A stretch of DNA of 33,101 nt from a virus (lineage: Duplodnaviria > Caudoviricetes): the IMG/VR virus record IMGVR_UViG_3300025889_000505, positions 1 through 33,101 of that record. One strand, written 5' to 3'. Below, in pieces: positions 17,257 to 26,234 of this stretch; position 1 is the stretch's first letter, and each line of letters begins with the position of its first letter. Below the pieces are notes generated by a model, which saw only the letters and a list, made by a program, of their open reading frames with translations, searched no databases and was not told the DNA's origin. The translations under genes and the position numbers were made by a program.

Positions 17257-17556
17257 TTAGTGAACCGTTTCCTCACCGAACGCAATTAAGTCAGTCACAG
17301 AACGTCCAGTGCTAGCATCGATAGCACCATTAGAATACCAAGCATAAAACTTGCTAGGACCCCAGTCATCAGCAGCGCCAGAGTCAAAGTATTCTGAGTA
17401 GATCACCGTAGCAATGCGATCAATCACTGCATCCCGACTTGGTCCGCCCATAAACCAGTCATCTTTAAGAGCGTAGTCAGCAATGCTGCCGAGATCACGA
17501 TTGTTGAGTTCCGACAGTTCGTCGGTAAAAATTTCGAATATATCGTATTCGTCCAT
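17257..17556 (-). CDS. acidic hypothetical protein (early)
   Basis: AAGGAG RBS before ATG 17556; directly below a promoter. Confidence 0.7.
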   Translation of the reverse strand: MDEYDIFEIFTDELSELNNRDLGSIADYALKDDWFMGGPSRDAVIDRIATVIYSEYFDSGAADDWGPSKFYAWYSNGAIDASTGRSVTDLIAFGEETVH

Positions 17557-17582
17557 ATTGTTTCTCCTTAACTTATGCATAT

Positions 17583-17631
17583 ATTATACCCTACAAACGC
17601 CAAAAAAGAAACTTATGGTAAGTTATTGATT
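17583..17631 (-). promoter_or_regulatory. sigma70-type early promoter with upstream IHF-consensus site
   Basis: AATCAATAACTTA...GTTTCTTTT...GGTATAAT. Confidence 0.75.
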
Positions 17632-17633
17632 TT

Positions 17634-17662
17634 AAAAATAAAAAGGGGGACTTGCGTCCCCC
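17634..17662 (-). terminator. rho-independent terminator
   Basis: GGGGGAC-GCAA-GTCCCCC followed by TTTTTATTTTT. Confidence 0.9.
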
Positions 17663-17669
17663 GAGTTAT

Positions 17670-17921
17670 TTACACTGCGGAAGCAGCGAGTGCCTTGTAA
17701 CCAGCAGCGATTACAGACTTTGAGGGAGTACCAAGACGGTAGAAACCTTTGGTTTCACCTTTGGCATTCGTTCGCTCGTTCAGATATACAGGATACCCTG
17801 AGAAACGAATGTCTTGGATCACTGCATAGGGATTTTTTGCACCAAACTGTGCAGTGATTTGCTTTGCGGTCAGTTGACGACCATCCATGAGTGCGTTAAG
17901 AACGCGAGTAGCTTGTGACAT
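17670..17921 (-). CDS. winged helix-turn-helix DNA-binding protein
   Basis: RVLNALMDGRQLTAKQI...IQDIRFSGYPV...FYRLG; GGAGG RBS. Confidence 0.75.
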   Translation of the reverse strand: MSQATRVLNALMDGRQLTAKQITAQFGAKNPYAVIQDIRFSGYPVYLNERTNAKGETKGFYRLGTPSKSVIAAGYKALAASAV

Positions 17922-17943
17922 TACTGTCCTCCATTATTTAAAT

Positions 17944-18384
17944 TTACCAGTACAAATCAACCAGAAAGTCTTGTAGGTCAAACGCTTCCGCTTCCCATGG
18001 CATTCGGAGATAATAATCCTCAGTCATGTTGGGTTTTAGCGTAGCACTGAGCAGTTTATTGTTCAGTTCGCCTCGCAAGTTCTGTTTAACGTGTACCAAT
18101 TCATGTGCCAACGTAGTGGCAATTTCCTTTGCCGAGTAGGCAAAGTTCTCTTCACCGTCGATATATCGGCGGGAAAGACTCACTTGGATCATACGTGTAC
18201 CATCAATACTGCCATAGTCAACGCAAGTTCCAGCATCATTATCCTCTAAATTCTTAACCATGTCAATACCCACAAGGACATTACGTTTTAGATCGCGAGG
18301 AAAAAAGTGATTAATAACATCGCACGCAAACTGTTCCATCCTTGCTTGTTGCGCGCAACGTCCGTTCATTTGTATTACAATCAT
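17944..18384 (-). CDS. zincin-like metallopeptidase domain protein
   Basis: TLAHELVHVKQ (HExxH) and PWEAEA. Confidence 0.75.
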   Translation of the reverse strand: MIVIQMNGRCAQQARMEQFACDVINHFFPRDLKRNVLVGIDMVKNLEDNDAGTCVDYGSIDGTRMIQVSLSRRYIDGEENFAYSAKEIATTLAHELVHVKQNLRGELNNKLLSATLKPNMTEDYYLRMPWEAEAFDLQDFLVDLYW

Positions 18385-18391
18385 GAGATAA

Positions 18392-18441
18392 ATTCTAACC
18401 TATTTTTTAGGTGAAAGCAACTAATATTTAAGTTCTTGAAA
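18392..18441 (-). promoter_or_regulatory. sigma70-type promoter with degenerate IHF-like site
   Basis: TTTCAAGAACTTA...TTGCTT-17-TAGAAT. Confidence 0.6.
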
Positions 18442-18808
18442 CATAACGAATTTTATCTCTCGGTTCAGGGTAGATCCACTCACAATTCACATAACCTTGT
18501 ATCAAACGTTTCGCCTGACGAACCGCAATGACCGCTGTAGGATCTTTGTTTTCGCCAAAGGATAGTAGTCGGTCAACTTCAATGAGCGCCTCCTGACGTC
18601 CCACAACGTCTATGCAACCATGTTTGCCGTCAATGTAATACTCAACTTGGAAGTTCTTGAGTGTCTCGTTCTCTTGCTCCTCCTCAAGGTGGCGAGCAAT
18701 GATATCATTACAGACGGCAAGAGGTATCTTAGATACACGCTTGGTCAAGGTCTCGTCAATAATCACCCGCCGAAACTTCGGCGGGATCTGCTTGTGACTC
18801 TTAAACAT
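18428..18808 (-). CDS. hypothetical protein
   Basis: TAATG coupling to the DUF932 gene, GGAGG RBS. Confidence 0.7.
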   Translation of the reverse strand: MFKSHKQIPPKFRRVIIDETLTKRVSKIPLAVCNDIIARHLEEEQENETLKNFQVEYYIDGKHGCIDVVGRQEALIEVDRLLSFGENKDPTAVIAVRQAKRLIQGYVNCEWIYPEPRDKIRYVSRT

Positions 18809-19752
18809 TACGCTGCCTCCGCATATTCAATTGCTTTGTTTACGGCAATCAGTTTACGACCTGAGTTGTAACCGAACCAGGAGGACTGCAGACGAGTCTC
18901 AGGAGTTCTGCCTAGTTTGTGGTCAGTCAGGTAGGTAACAGCGTTCACAGCGTTCCACCAGGAACCCATGGCGAAGTTAGCACCAGGTTGGGTCTCAAGT
19001 ACATCGTATGCTTGCTTAGCATTGGTGCTAAGATCTTCATAGACTTTAACTTTACGACCTTTAGAACCAGCGTGAGGAAACACGGTGTTAAAGAACTGTA
19101 TGACGTCACCAGTCTTCGCTTTCTTCTTAGAAAGGAACTGAGCAAACTCTTTGTACTGCTCAAACTTCTGGTGAGCGATACCAAGTTGCTCTTTGACCAT
19201 CTCAGGATTAAACTCACGACGGTGGTTAAGAGTCACTTCGTTCTTAGAGGAAGAACTCAGAGACATCTGGAGCGTATTGTTACAGACAACACGGATAGGT
19301 GTCATACGAACGTTCAACGACTTACCATACATGTGAGGATTGGTAAACAACATAAAGTTATCGACCTGATCGCCAGGAAGCACGTCAAAGGATTCCTTAA
19401 TCTTAGCAAGAACCCAGACAACTTTACCACCCTGCAACGAACCAGCGGTATGCATTTCCATATCACCTGCTGCGCAGTATTCGTTGAAGAAGTTAAATGC
19501 TTCCTCATTCTGAACTGGTTCCCAGTCAGTGCCCACGATGTCAAGGACTTTGTTGTCACCGTCTCGAAGCAGTGCCATTTTATTAGGCACACTGATACCA
19601 TCAAGAACATACATTCTTTGTTTGCTGACTGTCCAGTCAACGCCAGATTTTTGCATCATCTGGACAGGACTGAGGTCATTAGACACTCGCTCACCCAAAC
19701 CATGCCAAGGCACTTCTCCGGCATACGCCATTGTTTCAACTAGATGCGACAT
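18808..19752 (-). CDS. DUF932 family protein (phage/plasmid TIGR03299-like)
   Basis: MSHLVETMAYAGEVPWHGLG, TAGSLQGGKVVW, TPIRVVCNNT, WWNAVNAVT. Confidence 0.9.
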   Translation of the reverse strand: MSHLVETMAYAGEVPWHGLGERVSNDLSPVQMMQKSGVDWTVSKQRMYVLDGISVPNKMALLRDGDNKVLDIVGTDWEPVQNEEAFNFFNEYCAAGDMEMHTAGSLQGGKVVWVLAKIKESFDVLPGDQVDNFMLFTNPHMYGKSLNVRMTPIRVVCNNTLQMSLSSSSKNEVTLNHRREFNPEMVKEQLGIAHQKFEQYKEFAQFLSKKKAKTGDVIQFFNTVFPHAGSKGRKVKVYEDLSTNAKQAYDVLETQPGANFAMGSWWNAVNAVTYLTDHKLGRTPETRLQSSWFGYNSGRKLIAVNKAIEYAEAA

Positions 19753-19907
19753 TCCGCATTCTCCTTTATGATGTTATTTAAAATTTTTGCAACAAACACT
19801 TTAGAACAATTGTAGTCAAAGGCAACTTCATCAATGATATCAGTGTAGAAATAACCTTCCTCCCACATATTCAAAACTGCTAGGTAGACCGTACCCATCT
19901 TAGACAT
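19740..19907 (-). CDS. small hypothetical protein (MSKMG...)
   Basis: Start reassigned to ATG 19907 with GAGGT RBS; overlaps both neighbours. Confidence 0.6.
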   Translation of the reverse strand: MSKMGTVYLAVLNMWEEGYFYTDIIDEVAFDYNCSKVFVAKILNNIIKENAECRI

Positions 19908-20166
19908 AAGAACATACCTCGTCCCAAAGATCAGCAACTTCTTTGGCGCTATTAAAACCACCTTCTTGAGCAGCGTCATCACACCCAGCGAGTGCTTCGA
20001 TGAAGAGCGAAGAAGACATGATTTTCCAAGCAGGTCCGCCACTTCGTTCCTGAATTAAGTCAGCAAGAAAGTGAGCAGAGTTGCTAAGACCGATGCACTT
20101 GTCACCAGCATAGAGGCGAATAGCACCGCGATCGATAGAAACGAAGTCAACAGGTTGTTTAGTCAT
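19900..20166 (-). CDS. hypothetical protein (early)
   Basis: Start reassigned to ATG 20166 (AAGGA RBS) below a promoter. Confidence 0.65.
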   Translation of the reverse strand: MTKQPVDFVSIDRGAIRLYAGDKCIGLSNSAHFLADLIQERSGGPAWKIMSSSLFIEALAGCDDAAQEGGFNSAKEVADLWDEVCSYV

Positions 20167-20193
20167 GGGGTTTTCCTTTCTTTCCATAGGTAT

Positions 20194-20242
20194 ATTATAC
20201 CCTAAGAAACCATGAAACAAAACCATAGTTAAGTTATTGATT
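20194..20242 (-). promoter_or_regulatory. sigma70-type early promoter with IHF-consensus site
   Basis: AATCAATAACTTA...GTTTTGTTT...GGTATAAT. Confidence 0.75.
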
Positions 20243-20464
20243 TGAAAGGAGATTTTTAATTTCTTTGGGAGAGAGTTCTTTGAACTTACGACGAGAGGGA
20301 GACCACTGTCGGTATGGTTTGCTGAACCTAGTCTCGATGCCTTTTTGAGGACCATAGGTGGGTACAACTCCTATGAGCGTCTTTCCGTCAGTAATGTACA
20401 CATGGTTGGGGGTGCCTGGTGCTTTATTCCAGACTGTTATCTCTTGTTTATAACGAACTGTCAT
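20234..20464 (-). CDS. hypothetical phage protein
   Basis: QEITVW...PNHVY...WSPSRRKF; GGAG RBS. Confidence 0.7.
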   Translation of the reverse strand: MTVRYKQEITVWNKAPGTPNHVYITDGKTLIGVVPTYGPQKGIETRFSKPYRQWSPSRRKFKELSPKEIKNLLSNQ

Positions 20465-20467
20465 GTA

Positions 20468-21355
20468 TCACTCCATCATAGTTGCAAAAGCTTTGCGCCA
20501 AATTTCTTCATGCCGATCGTCGTCAATAAAAGCATTGCATTTATTGCAGGGAGTAAGGGATCGGTCACCTCTCCCCAAAGCAAATCTATATTCTTTAAAT
20601 TTTGGTTCGGTAAGTAAATGTTCTTCAATGGAAACCTCTCGAATGTTTTTGAATGATATCAAATCAGTCCAATCGTTGCAACACAAACGATACTCGCCAT
20701 CGACATCAATGTAAACATCTGTCCAAGGTTTTCTACAAGTTTTACCATGAGCATCAGAAACAGATTTCATCGGTATGATATTGTCAGGAATTGCTCCTGA
20801 TCTGTTCACATATTTAACAATGGATTGATGTCCAACATCATTAGTTCTTATCTCCACACCAACTTCATTTTTTCCAGTAGTTCCTCTGTCTTGCACACGG
20901 ACAGTTTTATATTTTTTAAGATCATCTTTTATTTTTAGATATTCTACATAACTTCTATCAGAATAGCAATTAAAGTCAACTAATTGAAACTTATCGAAAT
21001 GTTTTGGTATCCAATCTGAATACTTGTACCCATTCGTCACAATAAGGTCTGCAGCTTTTTCTTGACCATAATGGTTTAAGTTATGTTCAAACATTCTTGT
21101 AATAAAATTATCAAAGTCGTTGTGTAGTGTTGGTTCTCCTCTACCAATGATAAAAATTTGAAGTATGATATCATATTTCTTATAGAAATTTAATCTTGAT
21201 TCTAAAATAAGATCAAGGGTTTCCATTGACATATGAATATTTTGATTAGGATATCCGTGTGCTCTCGGACAAAAACTACACCTTAAATTACAAAGTTCAG
21301 TTATGTTTAACTCTATCCTTGGTGTTTGAATAGAATCAGGATAAGGAAATTTCAT
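20468..21355 (-). CDS. radical SAM protein with SPASM/twitch domain
   Basis: CNLRCSFC; GRGEPTLH; TNG; CRKPW...LCCND...CNKC. Confidence 0.9.
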   Translation of the reverse strand: MKFPYPDSIQTPRIELNITELCNLRCSFCPRAHGYPNQNIHMSMETLDLILESRLNFYKKYDIILQIFIIGRGEPTLHNDFDNFITRMFEHNLNHYGQEKAADLIVTNGYKYSDWIPKHFDKFQLVDFNCYSDRSYVEYLKIKDDLKKYKTVRVQDRGTTGKNEVGVEIRTNDVGHQSIVKYVNRSGAIPDNIIPMKSVSDAHGKTCRKPWTDVYIDVDGEYRLCCNDWTDLISFKNIREVSIEEHLLTEPKFKEYRFALGRGDRSLTPCNKCNAFIDDDRHEEIWRKAFATMME

Positions 21356-22566
21356 TATTGAATGGCGTATCTACTCAATTCATTATCGTACAAACCGTTC
21401 TCTAAGAAATCAACCAATAGAGTAATCTCGGTTTCAGTCAACCCGAGAGGAGTAAACCTGTAGTCAAGATATTCTGTAGGGATATCTGCTTGTGGCACTG
21501 CAGCGTTCTTATACTCAACAACCTGACGAACAGATGCAAAGGAAGCTCCATGTCCAAATATATTTGTGTCTTTTAAATTGTACAATGTCGGAATCTTAAA
21601 CTTGTAGTTATCAAGATCCTGTTTAGTAAACCCACCTCTTCCTTTTCGAACGTCTTCAGAAACTTCTCCGACAATGAAGTTCATAGCATCAAGATCAGCA
21701 AACCCTACCGCCATAAACACTTCCTCTGCTGGAGCATATTGCCTAGAACTAAGAGCAGGACCAGTATGACAACCACTGCACCCAGCGTTACCGAAGAACA
21801 ACTGTGCACCTTTAAGTTGATTGTCAGTCATAGCAGTTTTATCGCCGCGTAACCATTTCTGAAACGGTGCACGATTGGTTAGAACTGTGCGTTCGTATGC
21901 TCCCATCGCTTGAGCAGCAGAAGGCACATCCTCTATCCCAGTCAAACGATGAACACCTATCGCTGCTGCTGCTTGAGTTTCAACGCCACTCCACTGTCTT
22001 GAGTTGTTTTGTTTTGGCGTTCCTTCTGTCATTAAAATTGCTGGGTCAATTCCAGCATTAATAATACCATCGGGAGAGTTACCGAACTGTCCATTCCAAA
22101 GCATCACTTCTTGGTATGCCACATTAACAATGGTCGGCGAGGCAATAGGTTGAACGTCAACGCGGACGTCTTCGTCTGAACTCACAAGTGTTCTGTCTGC
22201 TCCTTCGCCTACTCCTCCTTCTCCTATACCCTGAGCGATACCTGATTTAAAACCAGACGGCGCATTGTGACAAGAAGCGCAAGAGAACGTGCCGTTTAGT
22301 TCAGGTATTTTTCCTATGCCTACTGACTTGTCGTGAAATATAATTTTTCCTTGCTCAACTTTTTCTTTGGTAATCGGATTGAGTGGGTCCTGGGGGATAG
22401 AGTCATAGTCATCGCTCTCTGGTAAAATGAAAGCATCAACGTCACCTATAATTGACAATAAAATATCTGACTCTGTCGGAACAGCAACAGGTTCCGGTGT
22501 TGTAGAATTTCCCCCAGACCCACCACATCCGTAAAGAAAAAGAAAAAGAACAATAATTTTTTTCAT
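21355..22566 (-). CDS. di-heme cytochrome c peroxidase/MauG family lipoprotein
   Basis: Lipobox LYGC; NPITKEKVEQG; CASCH and CSGCH heme motifs; SPTIVNVAY..LWNG; FKIPTLYNL; FGHGA. Confidence 0.9.
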   Translation of the reverse strand: MKKIIVLFLFLYGCGGSGGNSTTPEPVAVPTESDILLSIIGDVDAFILPESDDYDSIPQDPLNPITKEKVEQGKIIFHDKSVGIGKIPELNGTFSCASCHNAPSGFKSGIAQGIGEGGVGEGADRTLVSSDEDVRVDVQPIASPTIVNVAYQEVMLWNGQFGNSPDGIINAGIDPAILMTEGTPKQNNSRQWSGVETQAAAAIGVHRLTGIEDVPSAAQAMGAYERTVLTNRAPFQKWLRGDKTAMTDNQLKGAQLFFGNAGCSGCHTGPALSSRQYAPAEEVFMAVGFADLDAMNFIVGEVSEDVRKGRGGFTKQDLDNYKFKIPTLYNLKDTNIFGHGASFASVRQVVEYKNAAVPQADIPTEYLDYRFTPLGLTETEITLLVDFLENGLYDNELSRYAIQ

Positions 22567-22886
22567 GAGATCATTTGTGAAATTTCAGTTGCGTACTTCT
22601 TGTTGGTTACAGGAACTGCGTTGGACTTGTGAAGCGTGGCAATTCCAATGACGAAGTCTCCGGTGTATCTTGGAGACTCTTTGCTATCTCCTCTCGCCTT
22701 TGCTGGAGCAGCCACGCACGATGCGTAGCGTTTTGCCTCAGCCGCACGTTCTGCAGAGATTGACGATTGCGGTTTGTATTCCTGGAACTTTGGCGGAACA
22801 TACTTGACACAGGGTTCTCCTTTTACTTTGCGGGACTTACGTTTGCGACCATTAAGATCGTACCGTGAATTAGTATATATAATCAC
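22563..22886 (-). CDS. conserved-type T4-like phage hypothetical protein
   Basis: YTGDFVIGIATLHKSNAVPV motif. Confidence 0.7.
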   Translation of the reverse strand: MIIYTNSRYDLNGRKRKSRKVKGEPCVKYVPPKFQEYKPQSSISAERAAEAKRYASCVAAPAKARGDSKESPRYTGDFVIGIATLHKSNAVPVTNKKYATEISQMIS

Positions 22887-23155
22887 AACTTCTCCATCGG
22901 AATCATGTACTTGACATTGTACGCTTTTTCGTACACTTCGTCAAGGTCCAAGAGGCAAGCGAGAGCATACTCCATACCTTCAGCATACCAATCCATGCAG
23001 TTTGCCATTTCCTCGTTATGATCATTCTCATACTTACGGATATCCGTCATAGTCTTGGCAATTTTTTTGTCAAGCATTCGACGCAACTCACGAGACAAAG
23101 CAGATCGAGTCGGCGTTACAGGAATGTCCTGCATTTTTAAGTTTGATGCTACCAT
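22883..23155 (-). CDS. hypothetical protein
   Basis: Coupled ORF, GGAGG RBS. Confidence 0.65.
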   Translation of the reverse strand: MVASNLKMQDIPVTPTRSALSRELRRMLDKKIAKTMTDIRKYENDHNEEMANCMDWYAEGMEYALACLLDLDEVYEKAYNVKYMIPMEKL

Positions 23156-23346
23156 TACACTTCCTCCAAATAAATTCCAACTTTACCAAAAGAACCAGTT
23201 CTTAGGTCTTCAACTGCAATCTTGTACTTCTCACCGATGTCAGTCTCGATGTAAGCATGACCCCACTGAACTGCCCAGATCACACCGTGAACGGTAGGAT
23301 GTAGAGCACCGAAGAACGCTTCAACATGACGACCGACTAAGTTCAT
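23155..23346 (-). CDS. hypothetical protein (small SH3/Sm-like beta protein)
   Basis: TAATG coupling, GGAG RBS. Confidence 0.65.
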   Translation of the reverse strand: MNLVGRHVEAFFGALHPTVHGVIWAVQWGHAYIETDIGEKYKIAVEDLRTGSFGKVGIYLEEV

Positions 23347-23732
23347 TATGCTATCTCCAACTGATCACAAAGTTCATCTTCGTCATAAAACTTAGCGACG
23401 AAATCCTCGATGCTGCCACGCCAGATGTTATTGTAAGCAGCATCACCAGTTTCCCAGTTGCGCTTAATATGATAGGCAGTCAATGTCAGACCTCGAGGTG
23501 CTATTTCTACCATGTAGTGGTAATCAGTATCACCGTGCGATTCGCAACCCGGAGTAAACTCAGCGACTGAATTAGCGCGAAAGAATCTCGCGGCGAGAGA
23601 ACCTCGTTTCCCTGCTCTAAGCAATTTACGAAAGTAAGTCGCCGCGCCTTCGGGATAACCGTCGAAGTGGATGTAGAAAGTTTGATTGCCGCGAAGTTCA
23701 TCGCGAAATTCGTAAGTTGCTCTAGTTCCCAT
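23346..23732 (-). CDS. hypothetical phage protein (MGTR...YxHxDGYP type)
   Basis: MGTRATY...FYIHFDGYPEG; AAGGAG RBS. Confidence 0.75.
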   Translation of the reverse strand: MGTRATYEFRDELRGNQTFYIHFDGYPEGAATYFRKLLRAGKRGSLAARFFRANSVAEFTPGCESHGDTDYHYMVEIAPRGLTLTAYHIKRNWETGDAAYNNIWRGSIEDFVAKFYDEDELCDQLEIA

Positions 23733-23759
23733 ATTTGTATCTCCTTAATTGATAAGACT

Positions 23760-23808
23760 ATTATACTACGGATGATATCAAAACAAAACCTATCGCAAGT
23801 TATTGATC
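23760..23808 (-). promoter_or_regulatory. sigma70-type early promoter with IHF-like site
   Basis: GATCAATAACTTG...GTTTTGTTTT...AGTATAAT. Confidence 0.75.
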
Positions 23809-23988
23809 TTCAACGGGTTTTTTACCACCTCCGGAGGGTTTAAGTTTAAATAGCGGTAGGGGGAACGCGTCTAAACGACCTTCAGCTTTTAAAAGATTGT
23901 AGTCGTCAGGGTGGAGCGGTATATACTTCGCGTCCGTGTAATTGTCTAAAAAGCGTTGAATACGCTGTTCTAAGGGTACTTTAATCAT
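23800..23988 (-). CDS. small hypothetical protein
   Basis: Probable start ATG 23988 (MIKVPLEQ) below a promoter. Confidence 0.55.
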   Translation of the reverse strand: MIKVPLEQRIQRFLDNYTDAKYIPLHPDDYNLLKAEGRLDAFPLPLFKLKPSGGGKKPVEDQ

Positions 23989-24024
23989 TTTTAGTTTTTT
24001 CCTTTTCCTTAACAAAGAGTCACT

Positions 24025-24072
24025 ATTATACTCGATTCGATCAGAAAGAAAACTACATTTAAGTCTTTGTTT
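24025..24072 (-). promoter_or_regulatory. sigma70-type early promoter with degenerate IHF-like site
   Basis: AAACAAAGACTTA...GTTTTCTTT...AGTATAAT. Confidence 0.65.
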
Positions 24073-24546
24073 TTAAAGAGGTTTTCCAAACCAACTGATG
24101 AGAACTTTCCTTGTTCCTGAAAAGACTTTAGTTACACCATGTTGCACCTGGAAATCATAAACCAAAGACCTGGGTGGTTCTAGATCAACTACGAGAGGCA
24201 TCTGTTCGTCGTAGAAAAGACTATGTCCTCCAACCAGGTTGTTAGATTCCAAGTGCGTAACAATCGTCAACTCAGATTTAGATTCATCATCGATGTGAAC
24301 TCTCGCCCAAGATCCAGGATAATATGTCAGAATGTAATGCGAGTGAACATGTCTCTTAGCATATTCTTCTAGTTTAATAAGTCCGGAAATTTTTTTCCGG
24401 TACTCGCTATTGACATGAGAGTAGTCAACGTTGTACAAATTATAATACTTTGTTTTGAATTCAGTTTTTAAACTGTTCTCAAGTTTTATAATTTCCTCAA
24501 CATCTTTTTGATTTAGAATCTCTTCTGTTTTAAAATTAGTCAGCAT
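24073..24546 (-). CDS. 2OG-Fe(II) oxygenase (prolyl-hydroxylase-like)
   Basis: HID (HxD), QHGVTKVFSGTRKVLISWF. Confidence 0.8.
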   Translation of the reverse strand: MLTNFKTEEILNQKDVEEIIKLENSLKTEFKTKYYNLYNVDYSHVNSEYRKKISGLIKLEEYAKRHVHSHYILTYYPGSWARVHIDDESKSELTIVTHLESNNLVGGHSLFYDEQMPLVVDLEPPRSLVYDFQVQHGVTKVFSGTRKVLISWFGKPL

Positions 24547-24952
24547 TTAAATCAGTTAAAGGATTTCCGATGTGACGTTCAGTTGCATGATGTTCCATTC
24601 TGTGCCCTTGAGTACGTCGAACAATGTCATCCGCATTAAATTCTGCCCAATACATTTCAAATGCAACACCATCATCTATGCCCACAAACTGATGCCATTT
24701 ACCTGGTTCGACTTTAAAGTAATCGCCTGGTCGAAGAATAGTTTGGTCGCAAAGATGTGGACGTTCGGAACTTGGTTCGCCTGTCCAAGTTTTAATCATT
24801 AGCGTGCCAGACTCTACGAAGAATCCATTCCACTTAGTCTTGTGGTAGTGCTCACTACAACAGTGGTTTGCTTTAAACTCGATTCGATGGAACTCGAATG
24901 AGGGGGTATGCTCAATGAGTTCTGTTTGACCCCATACTTTACCTGCTTTCAT
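24536..24952 (-). CDS. cupin domain protein
   Basis: KVWG, SEHYHKTKWNGFFVESG, LRPGD..VEPGKWHQF. Confidence 0.85.
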   Translation of the reverse strand: MKAGKVWGQTELIEHTPSFEFHRIEFKANHCCSEHYHKTKWNGFFVESGTLMIKTWTGEPSSERPHLCDQTILRPGDYFKVEPGKWHQFVGIDDGVAFEMYWAEFNADDIVRRTQGHRMEHHATERHIGNPLTDLNAD

Positions 24953-24953
24953 T

Positions 24954-25658
24954 TTATGCCTCGTTTATTATTAACTGTTTTTGCAACATTCCTAATGCTT
25001 GTGGACCCATGAAATCAACTAACTTTTCATTAGCACCAAAAGTTCTTAAGTAATTACATTGCTGATCACCATGTTTGCCTTCTAGATTATAGTTTCCTGC
25101 AATAGAAATTCTAACTTGATTAGAAGTATTAATTTTTGTTAGATGGTTAATCCATCCTGGAAAAAATATCAATAGTCCTGTCTTTGGTGTAATTTCAATC
25201 ATAAAATCTCTGAACGGAGAATGACTAAGTTGAAAAGTTAATGGTCCTCCGTTCTTGGGGTAAGAAACATAATAACACCAACTAAGAACGGCACCTGAAT
25301 GAGGTTCTCCTCCAGCATGAGAATGAACCATCGTACTAACACCAGGTCTGCATATGTGCCCCCAATGACCTCCTTTAGGATGAGAACCCGCAGGACCTTC
25401 TTTTGTATCTAGTTGTTCTTTTAAACCAGGAGCAAAAGAATTTGCGACAATGTCTAGGATATGGAATAACTTTCTAACTTGTTCTGTTACAGGAAGAATC
25501 GTATCTTCATAACTGGTACTGTTAGGGTTGTTGTTTAGTCTGTTATTTTCATACTTTAAAACATCTTTCGCAAGAACTTTGTTGTCTATAGCTCCAGACA
25601 AATCGTAGGTTGTTGCTTTTAATGACAACAATGTATGTTCGACTGGTTCCAGTTTCAT
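24954..25658 (-). CDS. putative 2OG-Fe(II) oxygenase (TIGR02466-like)
   Basis: HSH, SWCYYV, GLLIFFPGWINH, RISIAGN. Confidence 0.8.
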   Translation of the reverse strand: MKLEPVEHTLLSLKATTYDLSGAIDNKVLAKDVLKYENNRLNNNPNSTSYEDTILPVTEQVRKLFHILDIVANSFAPGLKEQLDTKEGPAGSHPKGGHWGHICRPGVSTMVHSHAGGEPHSGAVLSWCYYVSYPKNGGPLTFQLSHSPFRDFMIEITPKTGLLIFFPGWINHLTKINTSNQVRISIAGNYNLEGKHGDQQCNYLRTFGANEKLVDFMGPQALGMLQKQLIINEA

Positions 25659-26194
25659 ATACGTTGTATCATAGTCATTCTATTAGGATCGTTATAGAAA
25701 TCACAATCAATTTTTTTATCCCAAATATTAATCATATATGAAGTTCTTCTCAAAACTTTTCCCACATCCGATTTATGTACTACTCTAGGATGCCACAAAT
25801 AACATCTATTTTCTACTGGATCGAGTTCTATTATTTCACCTTTAGAATTTTTTGTAAGAAGTTTTGCACCTTCAATTATATCAGAATTGATATACAGAAC
25901 AATGCTACAGTAAGGTAAGTGAACATTATTGTGTTCAAAATATTGAATGTGGTCAAAATCATAATGCCACTCAGTACCAAAATGATGTCCAATAACATCA
26001 TAGTACCATACTTCTATTCCTACTGCTTCCTGAAAATCATAATACTCAGCAGCAAAATTTACCATCTCCTTTGCCCAAGGGTTTGGTATCTTATCAATAT
26101 CAAACCACCCTGCTTTTAGTTCTTCAGCATGAGTTGTTTCTTTTGCCAAAGAAAGAATATCTTGACTTAAAAAGTTATCTTTGTAGCGAATCAT
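25655..26194 (-). CDS. putative 2OG-Fe(II) oxygenase
   Basis: WHYD, SIVLY, PVENR, VVH, RRTSYMINIW. Confidence 0.7.
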   Translation of the reverse strand: MIRYKDNFLSQDILSLAKETTHAEELKAGWFDIDKIPNPWAKEMVNFAAEYYDFQEAVGIEVWYYDVIGHHFGTEWHYDFDHIQYFEHNNVHLPYCSIVLYINSDIIEGAKLLTKNSKGEIIELDPVENRCYLWHPRVVHKSDVGKVLRRTSYMINIWDKKIDCDFYNDPNRMTMIQRI

Positions 26195-26234
26195 TTTTGT
26201 ATATATAAATCAACTTAACGATGAGAAGGGTTGT

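Noticed and set aside
18414-18421. TTGCTTT as a T4 MotA box
   Set aside because: Spacing to the -10 is 17 nt, fitting a sigma70 -35 rather than the shorter MotA spacing
18919-19743. 274-aa plus-strand ORF
   Set aside because: Antisense shadow of the well-supported DUF932 gene; no RBS, promoter or recognisable motif
19740-20367. Long upstream extensions given in the ORF track (also 474..962 and 17257..17580)
   Set aside because: They overlap neighbouring genes or promoters; downstream ATGs with good RBS are preferred
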